From contig CAWGYD010000003.1 in the NCBI GenBank assembly GCA_963826785.1, forward strand, positions 256,001-320,000: a stretch of DNA of 64,000 nt, given 5' to 3'. This document shows positions 11,213 to 22,786 of this stretch, one piece after another. The position numbers and the translations under genes were made by a program. This DNA is from an uncultured delta proteobacterium. GTDB taxonomy: Bacteria; Desulfobacterota; Desulfobacteria; Desulfobacterales; Desulfosalsimonadaceae. The first letter of the stretch is position 1. Each line of letters opens with the position of its first letter. The notes below the pieces were generated by a model, which saw only the letters and a list, made by a program, of their open reading frames with translations, was not told where the DNA came from and searched no databases.

Positions 11213-12001
11213 TCAGAAAAGCCTCAATTGCCTTCTTCTGGGAGGATAAAAGAAGCCAAGAATACAAAAAATGTTCTGCCATCGCGCCATATTACCCAGA
11301 ATTAAATAACTCTCTCTTTCTTTTCCGCAAAGTGCCCAAATTTTTTCTTCTATCTTTTCCTTCCAATCTTCATTCTGTTTGACTTTTCTATATAATTGCC
11401 CGATCTCCCAGTCCAGAATTGACATTTTATGCTTATTGCAATCCGGATTGTCACATTTGAATTCAAGGCTAAAGCGGTAAGGAATAAACTCGAGATCCTT
11501 TGGTTCGTCAAACAACCACCCTTCACTGAGGATGCTTCTTTTTTTGGATTCAGCTTCCTGAATTTCCTGTGCAGTTTTGGGTTCGATCGAAAATTTTAAA
11601 ATGTCCTTCGGTTTTATTACTCCAAGGGATGTTTTGTGCATTTTTTGTGATTGATATAAATTCTCAACAGATGAAAAGCAGGTTTTTGAGTTGATCACCC
11701 ATTTTGCCCTTTCATGCCATTCATCTTCCGTCCCGATTACCTCTCCGAGTTCAATGGTACTTTCAGTGGGATTGAAACTTTCGGGTCTGGGATCCTGATT
11801 GGCTTTTGTTATTTCAGCCCTAATCCACTGAAATTTTTTAAATCGAAGATCTCCGCCCAAATATCTGTACCGCAAGGGATAAATCCTGATCATTTCCCCG
11901 GTATCGGCCCTGATTCCGGCAGTGCATACAGTTTCCGTATATCTCTTACTGTACTCCGGATAGGTCTTTACCAGGATCAAGATGTCGACTTTCTGATTCA
12001 T
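11213..12001 (-). CDS. Hypothetical protein (VKTYP...VCTAG...IRIYP family), convergent with DUF488
   Basis: Intact low-GC 262-aa ORF immediately downstream of the type III res gene; C-terminal CxxxxCxxH. Confidence 0.75.
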   Translation of the reverse strand: MNQKVDILILVKTYPEYSKRYTETVCTAGIRADTGEMIRIYPLRYRYLGGDLRFKKFQWIRAEITKANQDPRPESFNPTESTIELGEVIGTEDEWHERAKWVINSKTCFSSVENLYQSQKMHKTSLGVIKPKDILKFSIEPKTAQEIQEAESKKRSILSEGWLFDEPKDLEFIPYRFSLEFKCDNPDCNKHKMSILDWEIGQLYRKVKQNEDWKEKIEEKIWALCGKERESYLILGNMARWQNIFCILGFFYPPRRRQLRLF

Positions 12002-12049
12002 GCGGCAGCTCCGGTTGCGGGTTGTAAGATCTGCTACTAACAAATATCT

Positions 12050-14860
12050 TCAATCACTCACCCCGTGCATCCCAACCAAATCCCGGATCTTCGCCGGGTC
12101 GAACACCACGTCAAAGGCCCAGTGCCCGAATCCGCCCGCTTCGTTTACCGCCGCAACCCAGGTGCGCATGGCCGCGCGTTTGGCGCGGTTCTGTTCGCTG
12201 TCCTGCCCCTTTATTTCCAGGATCAGGTGTTTGCCGTTGGTGTACCGGATCAGGTAATCGGGGACAAAATTGCGCGATGAGCCCCGGTAGAGGTAGCGGA
12301 CCACAAACCCCAGGTGGTCGTTTTTGGCCCAGGCGGCGACATTGGGATCTTTTTCCAGCAAGTCGGCGGCCATCTTCTCCCAGGCGCCGTCATAAACCAC
12401 GTGGCTGATCTGGGATTTTTCGGTGGGGCCGCAGTGCCGGGTGGTATACCAGGTGTTCATATAAGCGGTCGATCGTTTCGGCTGCTCCTGGTCAAAGCAC
12501 AGGGCCAGCTTTTCCATGTTCTGCAACTGGACGAACCGGTTGACATGCCCGACCACCACGTCCATGTTCATGGCCACCAGGATTCGCCGGCGCAGCGGGT
12601 CGTTGTGCCACAGGCTGGCAATGTGAAGCTTGTCGCCGGCCAGGAACTGTTCCACCAGCCGGATCAGCTGCACGGCCAGGTATTGCTTGTCCCCGGAAAA
12701 CGATGAGGCGTTTTGCAGGAACAGCTTCCGGGCCGCCCGGAAAATCAGCTGCTGCAGCCGGAATTCGCTAGACTGCCTTTTCCAGATCTATATCGGCCAC
12801 CTTGGAAAGATCGGCATAACCGGCCAGGGCCGGCGCGATCTCCACGTGGATCGGGGTCTGCTCCGGATCCAGCGTCAACGGTTTGACCGCGTCCCAGTGC
12901 ATCACCAGGGTGGGTTTGAGCACCTTTTCCACCCGCAGCGACGTTCGGCCACTTGATCTCGTACCGGTTCCGGCCCGGGACTACCTCCACCTGGATGCTA
13001 TTCCCGGGTGATGCGTCCCCCGCTGTCGCCTTCACCCACGTCCTGGAAAATGGAGAGCGGCACGCCGAATACATTGACAAATTCCGGATAGAACAGCCCG
13101 TTTTCGTCGCGCTCGAAGGTGACCCGCCGCAGGCCGCGGCCGATCACCTGCTCGCACAGCAGCTGGCTGGTGAACGCCCGCAGGCCCATGATGTGGGTCA
13201 CATTTGCCGCGTCCCACCCCTCGGAGAGCATGGCCACGGAAATCACGTTCTGCAGCCGCTGCCCCGGCTGCCCCCGCTTGCCCACCGTATCGACCAGGGC
13301 GCGCAGCTGGACCTCCTGTTTTTCATTGAAGCAGGTCATCCCGCCTGTCCGTGGGCATCCCCGAAGCATGGATGATCTGTTCCAGCCGTGCCGCGTAATC
13401 CTTGTCTTTGGTGATCGATTCCCCCGCTCGGCCTTTTCCAATACCTTGGAATCGACCCGGAGCGTTCTTTCCGGTACCTGGGTTCCGGAAATGGGCAATC
13501 CCCGCTGTTGAAATAGTGCTCGATGCGGGCGGCGGTCTCGATGCGGTTGCAGACGGTGAGCATGACCGGCGGCACGTCATTTCCGTTCTGCGCCCATTCT
13601 TCCGCGTGTTTCCGCCAGTCATAGGCCAGCAGGGCATAAGCTTTCTGGACCAGGTCCGGAAGCGACTCATGCGGCTCCGCTTTGGACCGGCCCAAATCCT
13701 CCCGGACCTCCGCTTCGTTGTAGAGGTGATAGAGCTTCGGCTTGAACGTCTTGGCATTGGCCAGGGCATCGTCTCGCACCACGATCCGCGGGGTTTTGAC
13801 CAGCCCGGCCTCGATGGCGTCGTTCAAGCCGAAATCGGAAATGATCCATTCGAACAGCCCTTTTTCCGTCGATTTCTTTCCGGTCGGTGCAAAAGGGGTG
13901 GCGGTCAGGTCGAAGCAGCGGCGGATGCGCCGGGTCTTGTGGATGCGGTCGAGCCCCTCGATCCAGCGGGTGGCCTGGTCCAGGTCGATTCCCAGTTCAA
14001 GAGGCTTCCTTTTTGCTGATCTTGGCCTCGGCCCGCTGCCGGTAGGCGTGATGGGCCTCGTCATTGATGACAAGGATATCCTTGTGCGCCGCAAGCGGCC
14101 CGAGCACCCGGCGGGTAAACGCTTCGTCGCTTTCCGCCCCTTTCTTTACCACCGAACGTTCGGTTTCCTTGAGCGGCATCAGGTTGTGCCAGTTTTCCAC
14201 CAAGCAGCGCCGCCTGGTTGATCTTCTGCCGCATTGATTCGATTGGGGCAGATCCGGAACGCATCATAGACGTTCTTATCGCTTCCCGGATAAAGCACTT
14301 CCAGCCGCTCCTTGACGGTCAGCCCGGGCGCCACCACGAACACGGCCCGGGAAAACGACTTGTGCTTCGGATAAGTGACGGCATTTAACACCTGCCAGGT
14401 GATGATCAACCCCATCACCACGGTTTTGCCGGTGCCGGTGGCCATCTTGCTGCAGATCCGTTCGATGGGGCCGCTGTCGCCGGGAAGGAAGATCCCCTGT
14501 TTGAATTGGGCGGTCCCTTCCACCCACCAGATCAGGGTTTCAATCGCTTCCAGCTGGCAGTAGTAAAACGGCTTTTCGCGGGCATCCGGGTCTTTCCAGT
14601 GTTCCAGCAGACGCCGGGTGACGCTGGTAATTCCGGGATATCCGGCTTCACGCCACTCGTCCACCCGGAGTCGGATGTTGTTGACGATATCAGAGTTCCA
14701 CGACCCGGCGGGTATTGTGCCGGGTATCGAAAATCTCATATCCGGCCGGCCGCCGGCCTTCGGCGATTTCAAATACCCGGCCGTACCGGTCCTGTTTCCA
14801 GTATTTGCCCGGCATCTCATACGGGGAATTGATGATCAGGGATGTAATGGCGCCGCTCAT
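12050..14860 (-). CDS. res: Type III restriction endonuclease (Res) subunit, multiply frameshifted
   Basis: Fragments carry KMATGTGKT (Walker A), INDEAHH, LTATP, MLSEGWD, CEQVIGRGLR and the nuclease motif FVPDYLIR...LEIKG. Confidence 0.85.
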
Positions 14861-14871
14861 GGTTTCCCCTT

Positions 14872-17800
14872 TTAATCCAGGTCGATGATCTTGAGCGATT
14901 CAATGCCCCGGTCGTCGATGATCTTGACGGCAATCCGCCGGTTGTCACCAGCTTCAAACGGCAGCGACCGGGTCCCGTGGAACCGGTCGAGCAGGTCCGC
15001 GTTCAGTTCCGCCTTGATATCCTTTTTCAGCCGGTTCCAGCCGTCCCTGGCGCCGGCGATCGGGAAAAAGACCTGCCGGGGAAAAAGGGACCGGTCATCA
15101 TAATCCGTATCGAGCGCCCACATGGCGATCCTGCTTTTGCCGCCGGACCGGAGCTCCCCGGTTTTGGTGTCGAAGTAGTCGAACCCGTGAACCTCCACCT
15201 GGTACTGGTCACCCCCATTTTTGAGGACCTCCACGTCCGGCTGCCCCATGAGCCAGAACGATTCGTTATTGGCCCGTCCTTTTTTCAGGTCCTCGGTGAG
15301 CAGGTCCGTGTTCATCTGGACTTTCAGGGCCGTGATCCCCTTGATGTTGTCGATGTCCTTGGCCGCTTCCGGATCAAAGGTAAAAGCGCAGAAGACCAGC
15401 ATCTTCGGCGTGGGAAAAGGTCCCCGGCCTCGTTTTTGGCGATCTCCACCTGGCGCTGCTCCAGGGCCGCATGCTCCGGACCGAAGCTGACCGCCACCCG
15501 CTCGCCGGTATCGGCCACCGTCCCCACCGCATGGATGTACCGGCAGTCCGGCAGCGGCTCCAGATCCATCAATTTGATCTTCTGGCCGTTCTTGCCGCGG
15601 ATTCCGGTTTTGAGCAGCTCGTCGCGCCACTGGGCCTGGCGGGACGTTTCGCCGGAGCGGGCCACGGCCACATCCGCGTCTGCCGGCGATTCAGCCTCAT
15701 CCAGGGCCAGCACGGTGGGGAATGGGACCGCCTCCACGGTAAACGGGCCGGTGATGCGCAGCTTGGTTTTCGACACCTGGGGCTGATCATAGAGGATTTC
15801 CGGTTCGCATGGGCGGAAATGGAATCATCCATCTTTTTCTGCAGGGCCTGCCGGGCTGCATGAAAGTCATCAAACGGCTTTTTGGCAGACTTCCGGCCAC
15901 ACTGAAGGAAAATCGAACGGGACCTCCCATTCGAGCAGGGCGTTTGCCGGGACTTCTCACCCGAAGCGAGCGTATCGCGACTGAAATCCGGGGCGGCAAA
16001 ATCGATTTTCTTTCCTTTGCGTCCGCCTTCGGTAACTTTGAACGGTTCGCCGTGCATGGCCAAAGCCGCGTTCAGTTCGGCGAGATGCCGTTCGATCGCC
16101 GGATGCATGCGATTGTAGATCTCATCGATCTCCGGGTTATTGGCGATGGATTTGAGGGTGATGTGGGGGACGGTCTTGTAGATGAATCCGCCTTTCAACC
16201 CCTCGTGCGGATATTTCAGGTCGTAATAATCATAGCTGGCGGTCATCAGCCGCTGCTTGGCCAGAGTTGTGGCCACCCGGGATGTGTCGCAGGTGATCCA
16301 GCGCCGTCCCCATTTTTCGGCGACATAGGCGGTGGTGCCGGACCCGCAGGTGGGATCGAGGACCAGGTCACCGGAATCGGTGGTCATGAGGATGCAACGT
16401 TCAATAACTTGGTCAAGCAGTTTGCACAACATAGATGTTCGCATCAGTTCCGGATTGTGTGCTTTCCCGTATCTATCTCATTAATTGGTGGAATAACTGG
16501 AAAATCCTCGCAGAATCTCCTGTACCTGAGGACATTTCCCATATTTCAATTCGACCATTCTTTTTCAGCCTTTCAAATTCCTTGTAAGGTAGTTTTCCAA
16601 TGAGTTCACCTCTCGGCTGATAAAGTTGTTTCCCATAAAAACTTGAGATTTGTTATCGAGTCTTGCTGGCACCGTCAGACAACTGTCTGTTGATATCTTT
16701 TTACTTCTTTAAGAGATGGTTTGGATTTTCAAATTCACTTACTGGTATGCTTCTGCAAAAGCTATTTTCGAACATCGACAAAATCATATCTATTAAGAGC
16801 ATGTATCACCAGAATTTCTATATGAGATATAAGCTGTTTGTATTTGACTTTTTCTTGGATATGTTGCATACCAAATGAGTAATCAACTGTATGACCCCAG
16901 GTGAATCTTGATAGAAAACTGCAGTTTTTTTGAGAAACGATGATGTTTAAAAAGTTTTATTGCCCAAAAATTTCATCCATGATTTCCCGCACATGATGCA
17001 GATTCTCATCCGAAATCTGAACAAACACACTCCCGGTCTCACTCAGCAAATCTTTTGCCAGCAGCAGCCGGTCCCTCAGATAAGTCAGATATGAATGGAT
17101 CCCAGCTCCCAGGTATCCCGAAACGCCTTGATCATTTCCGGTTCCTGGGTGAGATCCTCGTCCTTGCGGTCTTTCACATCGCGCTTGTTGACAAACGGCT
17201 GGAAGTTGGAGCCGTACTTGATCCCGTAAGGCGGGTCGATGTAGATCATCTGCACCTGGCCGGCCATGTTTTCCTTCTGGAGCAGCGAATTCATGACCAG
17301 CAGGGAGTCGCCGGCAACCAGCCGGTTGGCCCAGTCCCGGTCGTGCTTGTAAAAATCGATTGCATCGCGCAGCGGCAGGTTTTCAAACGGGGCGGAAAAC
17401 AGTTCGGTCTAGAATCTGCGGCGCCTGGCGCTTGCTCCTGCCCACTTTCATCGCGCTTCTGCACGGCCGAAAGAATGGTGGCCGGATCGATCCGCTCATG
17501 CACATGAAGCGACACCAGGTCAACCTCGAAACCGATCCGCTCGGCCTTGCCGGTCCAGTTCAAATACGGCGCCTGCATCCGTTTGAGCTGCTCCAGGGCT
17601 TCCCGCATGACCGATTCGTCTTTGGAGGCCAGGGCGTCATCGATCAGCACTTCAACCGAAGACCGGCCGACATCGAATCTCAGGACCGGATCGATATGCG
17701 GATCATACCCCCACGCGGTCCTTGTCTCCACGCCATCACTTACCGTATTCACCATCCCGACATGGGGGTTGTTCTTCCGCTTGTCGCTGTACCGGTAGCT

Positions 17801-18190
17801 GATGATCTGATGGTTTTCGCCTTTAGGCGAACGGGATGCGGAAACCGATTTCCGGGATACCCTGGCGGCTTTGGAGCTGAGGCTTCCTCTACCTGAAGGA
17901 TCAACTTTTTTTCCGCAGATTCCGCAGATGCCTCAACTGCAGGCTGTTTCACTCCGTTTCCATCCGATGCCGGCACCGCTCGTTTAATCGAACCTCCCGC
18001 CCCCCTCCGGTGATGATCTCCCCCCGGGCAACCAGATCGTCCCGGACCGCCGGTAATCCTCCTCAGTAAACGAAAAATCAGCCTCATCCGACAGCAGCTT
18101 CATCATCTTCTCATTTCCGATGCCATCGCCGCCGGAACAAGCCGAAAAACAATCTCCCGTAGGACATCATCCGAAAAACCCATCGATCAT
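14872..18190 (-). CDS. mod: Type III adenine DNA methyltransferase (Mod), multiply frameshifted
   Basis: [21 protein letters not shown] and C-terminal [16 protein letters not shown]-rich putative target-recognition segment at ~16440-17000. The start is approximate. Confidence 0.8.
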
Positions 18191-18786
18191 TTCCCCCTGG
18201 CTGGTTGTAAAACAATACGAATACACTCTGGAATTGATTGATCTGCCGGATTATAGCAGATGTTAGAAAAATTGCCAGCAATTGGAACCGCAGGAATTTG
18301 ATCTGTTAGTAATGAGGCTGCTTCCTGGGAAAAATTGAAAGATTGAACATCTATGAATTTGTCTTACTGCCCAAAGGTTTGGTCTTCGGCAGAAACGCAC
18401 CCAAGATAGCCGCCTGTAATAATGATGTAGTTATGGGAATGAACCCAAAATTTAAGATAAAGGAAAACTTGCCAAGCACGATTTTATCCTGTAAATAATC
18501 ATATTTAGATTCACCATACCGGTTTTATGGAATAAAGAAAAAATCTGATGACCAATTTGAGTGATATGAAGATCTTTCGTGCATTGGTGATATGCAGAAA
18601 ACTGCATAATCACTTTATTTTAAGCGCTTGCCAGCCAGATGGCAAAGAGAGATGAGGATATAGAGCGCTGTAAACAAGGTGAACTGTATAAGGGCGCAAT
18701 GAAGAAAAGGGAGGGAGAATACATCAAAAGACGTGTAAAAATCATTATGGCATCAGAACCGAATACGGCATTTTCCGGAGGCTGTC

Positions 18787-19215
18787 ATGATAAATGAAGA
18801 TATTCGCTGGATACAGCGCTACACGCATTTTGTTCAGGCGGCCGGGCAGTTGAAGAATGCGGTGGAGCTGGCCGGACAACGCGACCTCACCGAGCTTGAG
18901 GAACAAGGGATGATTCAGGCCTTTGAATACACGCACGAGCTGGCCTGGAATACCCTTAAAGATTTTCTTGAGCACCGGCAGGGGCTGCCCAACTTGTATG
19001 GTTCAAAAGACAGCACCCGCGAGGCGTTCAAAAGAGGTCTCATCGAAAATGGCGAGGTGTGGATGGACATGATCAAAAGCAGAAATCTCAGCTCTCATAC
19101 GTATAATAGGGAGATCGCCCGGAATATCGTCAAGGCTGTCCTGTGGGAGTATTACCCTGAATTCGAAAAACTAATCGATCACTTGAAGCCCCTTGCGACT
19201 CAGGCGGAGCCATGA
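18787..19215 (+). CDS. HEPN / nucleotidyltransferase substrate-binding protein (HI0074 family)
   Basis: GMIQAFEYTHELAWNTLKDFL and the Rx4H motif SRNLSSHTY. Confidence 0.9.
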   Translation: MINEDIRWIQRYTHFVQAAGQLKNAVELAGQRDLTELEEQGMIQAFEYTHELAWNTLKDFLEHRQGLPNLYGSKDSTREAFKRGLIENGEVWMDMIKSRNLSSHTYNREIARNIVKAVLWEYYPEFEKLIDHLKPLATQAEP

Positions 19216-19562
19216 AGTTTGGCTTGAAGGAAAGCATTATACAACAGATTCATTCCGTTCTTGCCCGCTACCCCCAGGTGGGAAAAGCGGTTTTGTACGG
19301 TTCGCGTGCAAAGGGGAATTTCCGGAACGGCTCCGACATCGACCTGACGCTCCACGGCGGAGAGGATCTGACGCTGAAGGTCCTTTACCGCATCATGGAT
19401 GAAATCGACGATCTCCTCCTGCCTTACACGTTTGACTTGTCCATTTTCGGCCATATCAGCGATCCGGATGTCATCGACCATATTCAGCGCGTGGGCGTCA
19501 CATTTTACGAATCGAGGGAGGATGTATTTCTAACATCCGGACAATGCGATGAAAATAAGTGA
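19212..19562 (+). CDS. Minimal nucleotidyltransferase (MNT, HI0073 family)
   Basis: LYGSRAKGNFRNGSDIDL (GS-x10-DxD); ATGA overlap with the HEPN gene. Confidence 0.9.
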   Translation: MKFGLKESIIQQIHSVLARYPQVGKAVLYGSRAKGNFRNGSDIDLTLHGGEDLTLKVLYRIMDEIDDLLLPYTFDLSIFGHISDPDVIDHIQRVGVTFYESREDVFLTSGQCDENK

Positions 19563-20262
19563 ACTGACGCGGCGCACCGGCGTCTCCAAGGAGACCATCC
19601 ATTACTACATCCGGGAAGGGGTACTCAAAAAACCCCGCAAGACCGGCAAAAACACCGCCGACTACGATGACAGTTTCGTCGACCAGATCCGGACCATCAA
19701 GGCCCTGCGGGAAAATTATTTCCTTCCCATTCCGGTCATCAAAAAACTCATCAAAAAGCACCAGAAGCGGTCCCGGACCGAACAATCTTCCTTTCAGTTT
19801 TTAAGCGAATACTTCCGGCCGCTGGACCAGCTGTTTTTCAGCGAGGTGACCGGAAAGGCGGCCTTCCTGAAGGCCACGGGCATGTCCGAACCGTGGTTTG
19901 ACAAGATGCGGCAGTGGGGCGTGATCACTTCCGAACAGCGCGACGGGGAGGATTTTTTTTCCCAGGAGAACGTGATCATCGGAAAGCTGCTGGTGGATAT
20001 GGACAGCATCGGCATCGGCCCCCGGGCCGGGTTCGACCCCGAGGAACTCAAGCATTTCACCGACCTGTTCCGAAAGATGGTGGCCAATAACCTGGAGCAG
20101 TCCATCAAGGTGGGATGGGACAAGATGTCTCCTGACGAACTGCGCCGGAAGGGCAGCCAGTCCACCGAGGTGATGAGCCTCTTTTTTTACCACATGTACC
20201 GAAAGCTGGTGAAAGAGGAATACAAGCGTTACCTGAACCAGCAGGAAAATGAACCGGGTTGA
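19549..20262 (+). CDS. MerR-family transcriptional regulator
   Basis: N-terminal HTH MKISELTRRTGVSKETIHYYIREGVL. Confidence 0.9.
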   Translation: MKISELTRRTGVSKETIHYYIREGVLKKPRKTGKNTADYDDSFVDQIRTIKALRENYFLPIPVIKKLIKKHQKRSRTEQSSFQFLSEYFRPLDQLFFSEVTGKAAFLKATGMSEPWFDKMRQWGVITSEQRDGEDFFSQENVIIGKLLVDMDSIGIGPRAGFDPEELKHFTDLFRKMVANNLEQSIKVGWDKMSPDELRRKGSQSTEVMSLFFYHMYRKLVKEEYKRYLNQQENEPG

Positions 20263-20376
20263 TATGCCCGCCGGCCAAAAGGGATTGGACAAACCGGACC
20301 CGCCCCGTTATTTTTTTGATTATCTGAATTAATTGGATGAAATCGTAAAAAGCATTGTACCCCGCCGGCGCCGCTG

Positions 20377-20552
20377 GGTGTTTTTGCAGTCAGGAACCTT
20401 TAGACATGGTAACGGCCGTCGCCGGCACACCCCCCTTCGCCCCCCTCAAGGGGGGATTAGGCCTCGAAATTACGACCAAATTCTCCCCTCGGGGGGATTG
20501 GGCCTTGAAATTACGGTCAGATTCCCCCCTCGAGGGGGGTCAGGGGGGTGTT
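20377..20552 (+). repeat. Composite REP-like element, copy 2 (extra leader-only copy at ~20617-20656)
   Basis: Same leader, termini and CCCCCCTCAAGGGGGG units as copy 1. Confidence 0.85.
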
Positions 20553-20742
20553 GGACCGGTGAGAAACCGAAAGATAAACGGGTGAAAAACGTTTTACCAG
20601 GTTACGTTCCTTGGAAGCATTGTACTCCGCTGCACGGTATTTTTGCAGAAAGTAACCGGTCATCATGCTCAGTCCAGTTTGCTGGACGGTGCACCTGCTC
20701 GTGAACGTACACGCGCACGGAAAAGCCATCAGGAGACATCAA

Positions 20743-21222
20743 ATGAATCAGGAACTCGAAGTGGTCTATACCTCCAGGGTCAAGATCGAAAAACTTAAAG
20801 GTCCGGTTCGCCGGGCCTATCTTCCGGGGGAAGACGAACCCGTCTATTTCGGGGTTCATTCCCGGATCGCCGAGCATTACGGGGTGGATGCGTCCAAAGG
20901 AAAATCCCATGCGGCCACGCTGGATTACCTGGTGGCCGCCACGGCCGGCTGACTGACCGGCACCCTGGCCGGGGCGCTGGGAGCAAGAAACATCCGGATC
21001 GGCGAAGGCGGGCTGGTGGCCGATGCGCAGGGCGAAATCGTAAATGCCGGGGGGACATTGAAAGTGACCGGCATCCACGTTGTTTATCGCCTGCAAATCG
21101 AGGAAGCCAAAAAGGAAGAAGCGCAGAAAGTGCATGGCTTTCACGTGCAGTTCTGCCCCATGGCCCAGACCCTCAAGGATTGCGTTAGGATCACCACCTC
21201 CCTGGAATTGACTTCATCATAA
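20743..21222 (+). CDS. OsmC/Ohr-family protein with an in-frame TGA at 20950-20952 (probable selenocysteine)
   Basis: SD aggag plus ATG 20743. LDYLVAATAG-TGA-LTGTLAGAL continues in the same frame to FHVQFCPMAQTL; the TGA sits at the first conserved Cys position. Confidence 0.75.
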
Positions 21223-21366
21223 ACAACCCGTCTTTTTGCCGCCCCTTGCACCTGCGCGGGACGGGCCGGGAACATGCTTTTTGAAAACCATTGAATAAAC
21301 CCGCGCATCGGTCTATATTATCACCTGTAAATCACCCGACCCATTAACCCATAAAACCGGCGCCAG

Positions 21367-22779
21367 ATGAAAAAGACCAAGATTATCGCCACCATTTCCA
21401 GCAAGAGATGCGATCCGCCGTTTCTTGCCCAGCTTTACGAGGCGGGCATGGACGCGGTGCGGATGAACACGGCGCATATGAACATGGACGAGGCGTCGGT
21501 CATCATCGGCAATGTCCGGACCGTTTCCGACCGGATTCCCATCATCATCGACACCAAGGGACCGGAGATCCGCACCACCTTCAGCCACCAGGAGATTCCG
21601 GTCCGGACCGGCGATATCATCCATGTCCGGGGGGATAAGAACAAGGAGTCCTCGCCCGAATGCGTGTTCGTCAATTACGACCGGTTTTCCGACGAAGTCT
21701 CCGTGGGCGACCGCATCCTCATCGACGACGGGGATGTCGAACTGGCGGTGGTCGACAAAGACGATCAGGGGCTGAAATGCGAGATCAGAAATGACGGGTT
21801 CATCCTGGGCCGGAAGAGCATCAACCTGCCGGGGGTGAAGATTCAAAACCTGCCCTCCCTGAGCGAAAAAGACATCGAATTCATAAAATTTGCCGCCGAC
21901 AACGATGTTGAATTCATCGCCCATTCCTTCGTGCGCCGGAAAGAAGACGTGCAGTCCATCCAGGACATCCTGAATGCGAACAACAGCCGGATCAAGATCA
22001 TCGCCAAGATCGAAAACCAGGAGGGTGTGGACAACATCGACGAGATTCTGGATCATGTCTACGGCATCATGATCGCCCGGGGGGACCTGGCCATTGAAAT
22101 CCCCGCCCAGAAGATCCCCATCATCCAGAAAAACCTGGTCAAAAAATGCATCGAGCGCCGCAAGCCGGTGATCATCGCCACCCAGATGCTCCAGTCCATG
22201 ATCCACTCTCCCCGGCCCACCCGCGCCGAAGTTTCCGATGTGGCCAACGCCTGCCTGGACCGAACGGACGCGGTGATGCTCTCGGGCGAAACCGCCAGCG
22301 GCAAATATCCGCTGGAATCCCTGCAGATGATGGCCACCATCGCCGCTGAAATCGAATCCAGCCAGGACACGTTCATCGATGCGGCCTACGAGTCGGAAAA
22401 CACCATTACCAGCTACCTGGCCAAAGCCGCGGTCAAGGCGTCCATGCGGCTTAACACCCGGGCCCTGCTGGCCGATACCATCAGCGGAAGAACCATCCTG
22501 AGCCTGGCCGCATACCGGGGAAAGAACACCATTTTCGCCCAGTGCTACGACCAGCGGGTCAAACGCGAACTGGCCCTTTCCTATGGGGTTCATGCCAATT
22601 TCATGAAAACGGATCTGACCTCCCACGAATTTCTGCGCACGGCCTTGACCCGCCTGCTCCGGGAAAGCCGTTTTTCAGGAGACAGCCTGGTCACCGTCCT
22701 TGCGGGAAATTTCGGCTCCGACTACGGGGCATCCTACATCGAGATCAATTCCGCCGAAAACATGCTCAAACGCAAATAA
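21367..22779 (+). CDS. pyk: Pyruvate kinase
   Basis: KTKIIAT, DTKGPEIR, IIAKIEN, MIARGDL, ATQMLQSM..PRPTRAE, MLSGETA. Confidence 0.97.
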   Translation: MKKTKIIATISSKRCDPPFLAQLYEAGMDAVRMNTAHMNMDEASVIIGNVRTVSDRIPIIIDTKGPEIRTTFSHQEIPVRTGDIIHVRGDKNKESSPECVFVNYDRFSDEVSVGDRILIDDGDVELAVVDKDDQGLKCEIRNDGFILGRKSINLPGVKIQNLPSLSEKDIEFIKFAADNDVEFIAHSFVRRKEDVQSIQDILNANNSRIKIIAKIENQEGVDNIDEILDHVYGIMIARGDLAIEIPAQKIPIIQKNLVKKCIERRKPVIIATQMLQSMIHSPRPTRAEVSDVANACLDRTDAVMLSGETASGKYPLESLQMMATIAAEIESSQDTFIDAAYESENTITSYLAKAAVKASMRLNTRALLADTISGRTILSLAAYRGKNTIFAQCYDQRVKRELALSYGVHANFMKTDLTSHEFLRTALTRLLRESRFSGDSLVTVLAGNFGSDYGASYIEINSAENMLKRK

Positions 22780-22786
22780 AACCGCC

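Noticed and set aside
18200..18780. AT-rich stretch as a gene or ncRNA
   Set aside because: No convincing ORF or structure; possibly a degenerate remnant.
21313..22626. Long antisense ORFs over pyk, the 2-oxoacid oxidoreductase alpha gene (60764-61990), ku (31957-33081) and uvsE (27553-28620)
   Set aside because: Typical high-GC shadow ORFs opposite clearly identified genes.
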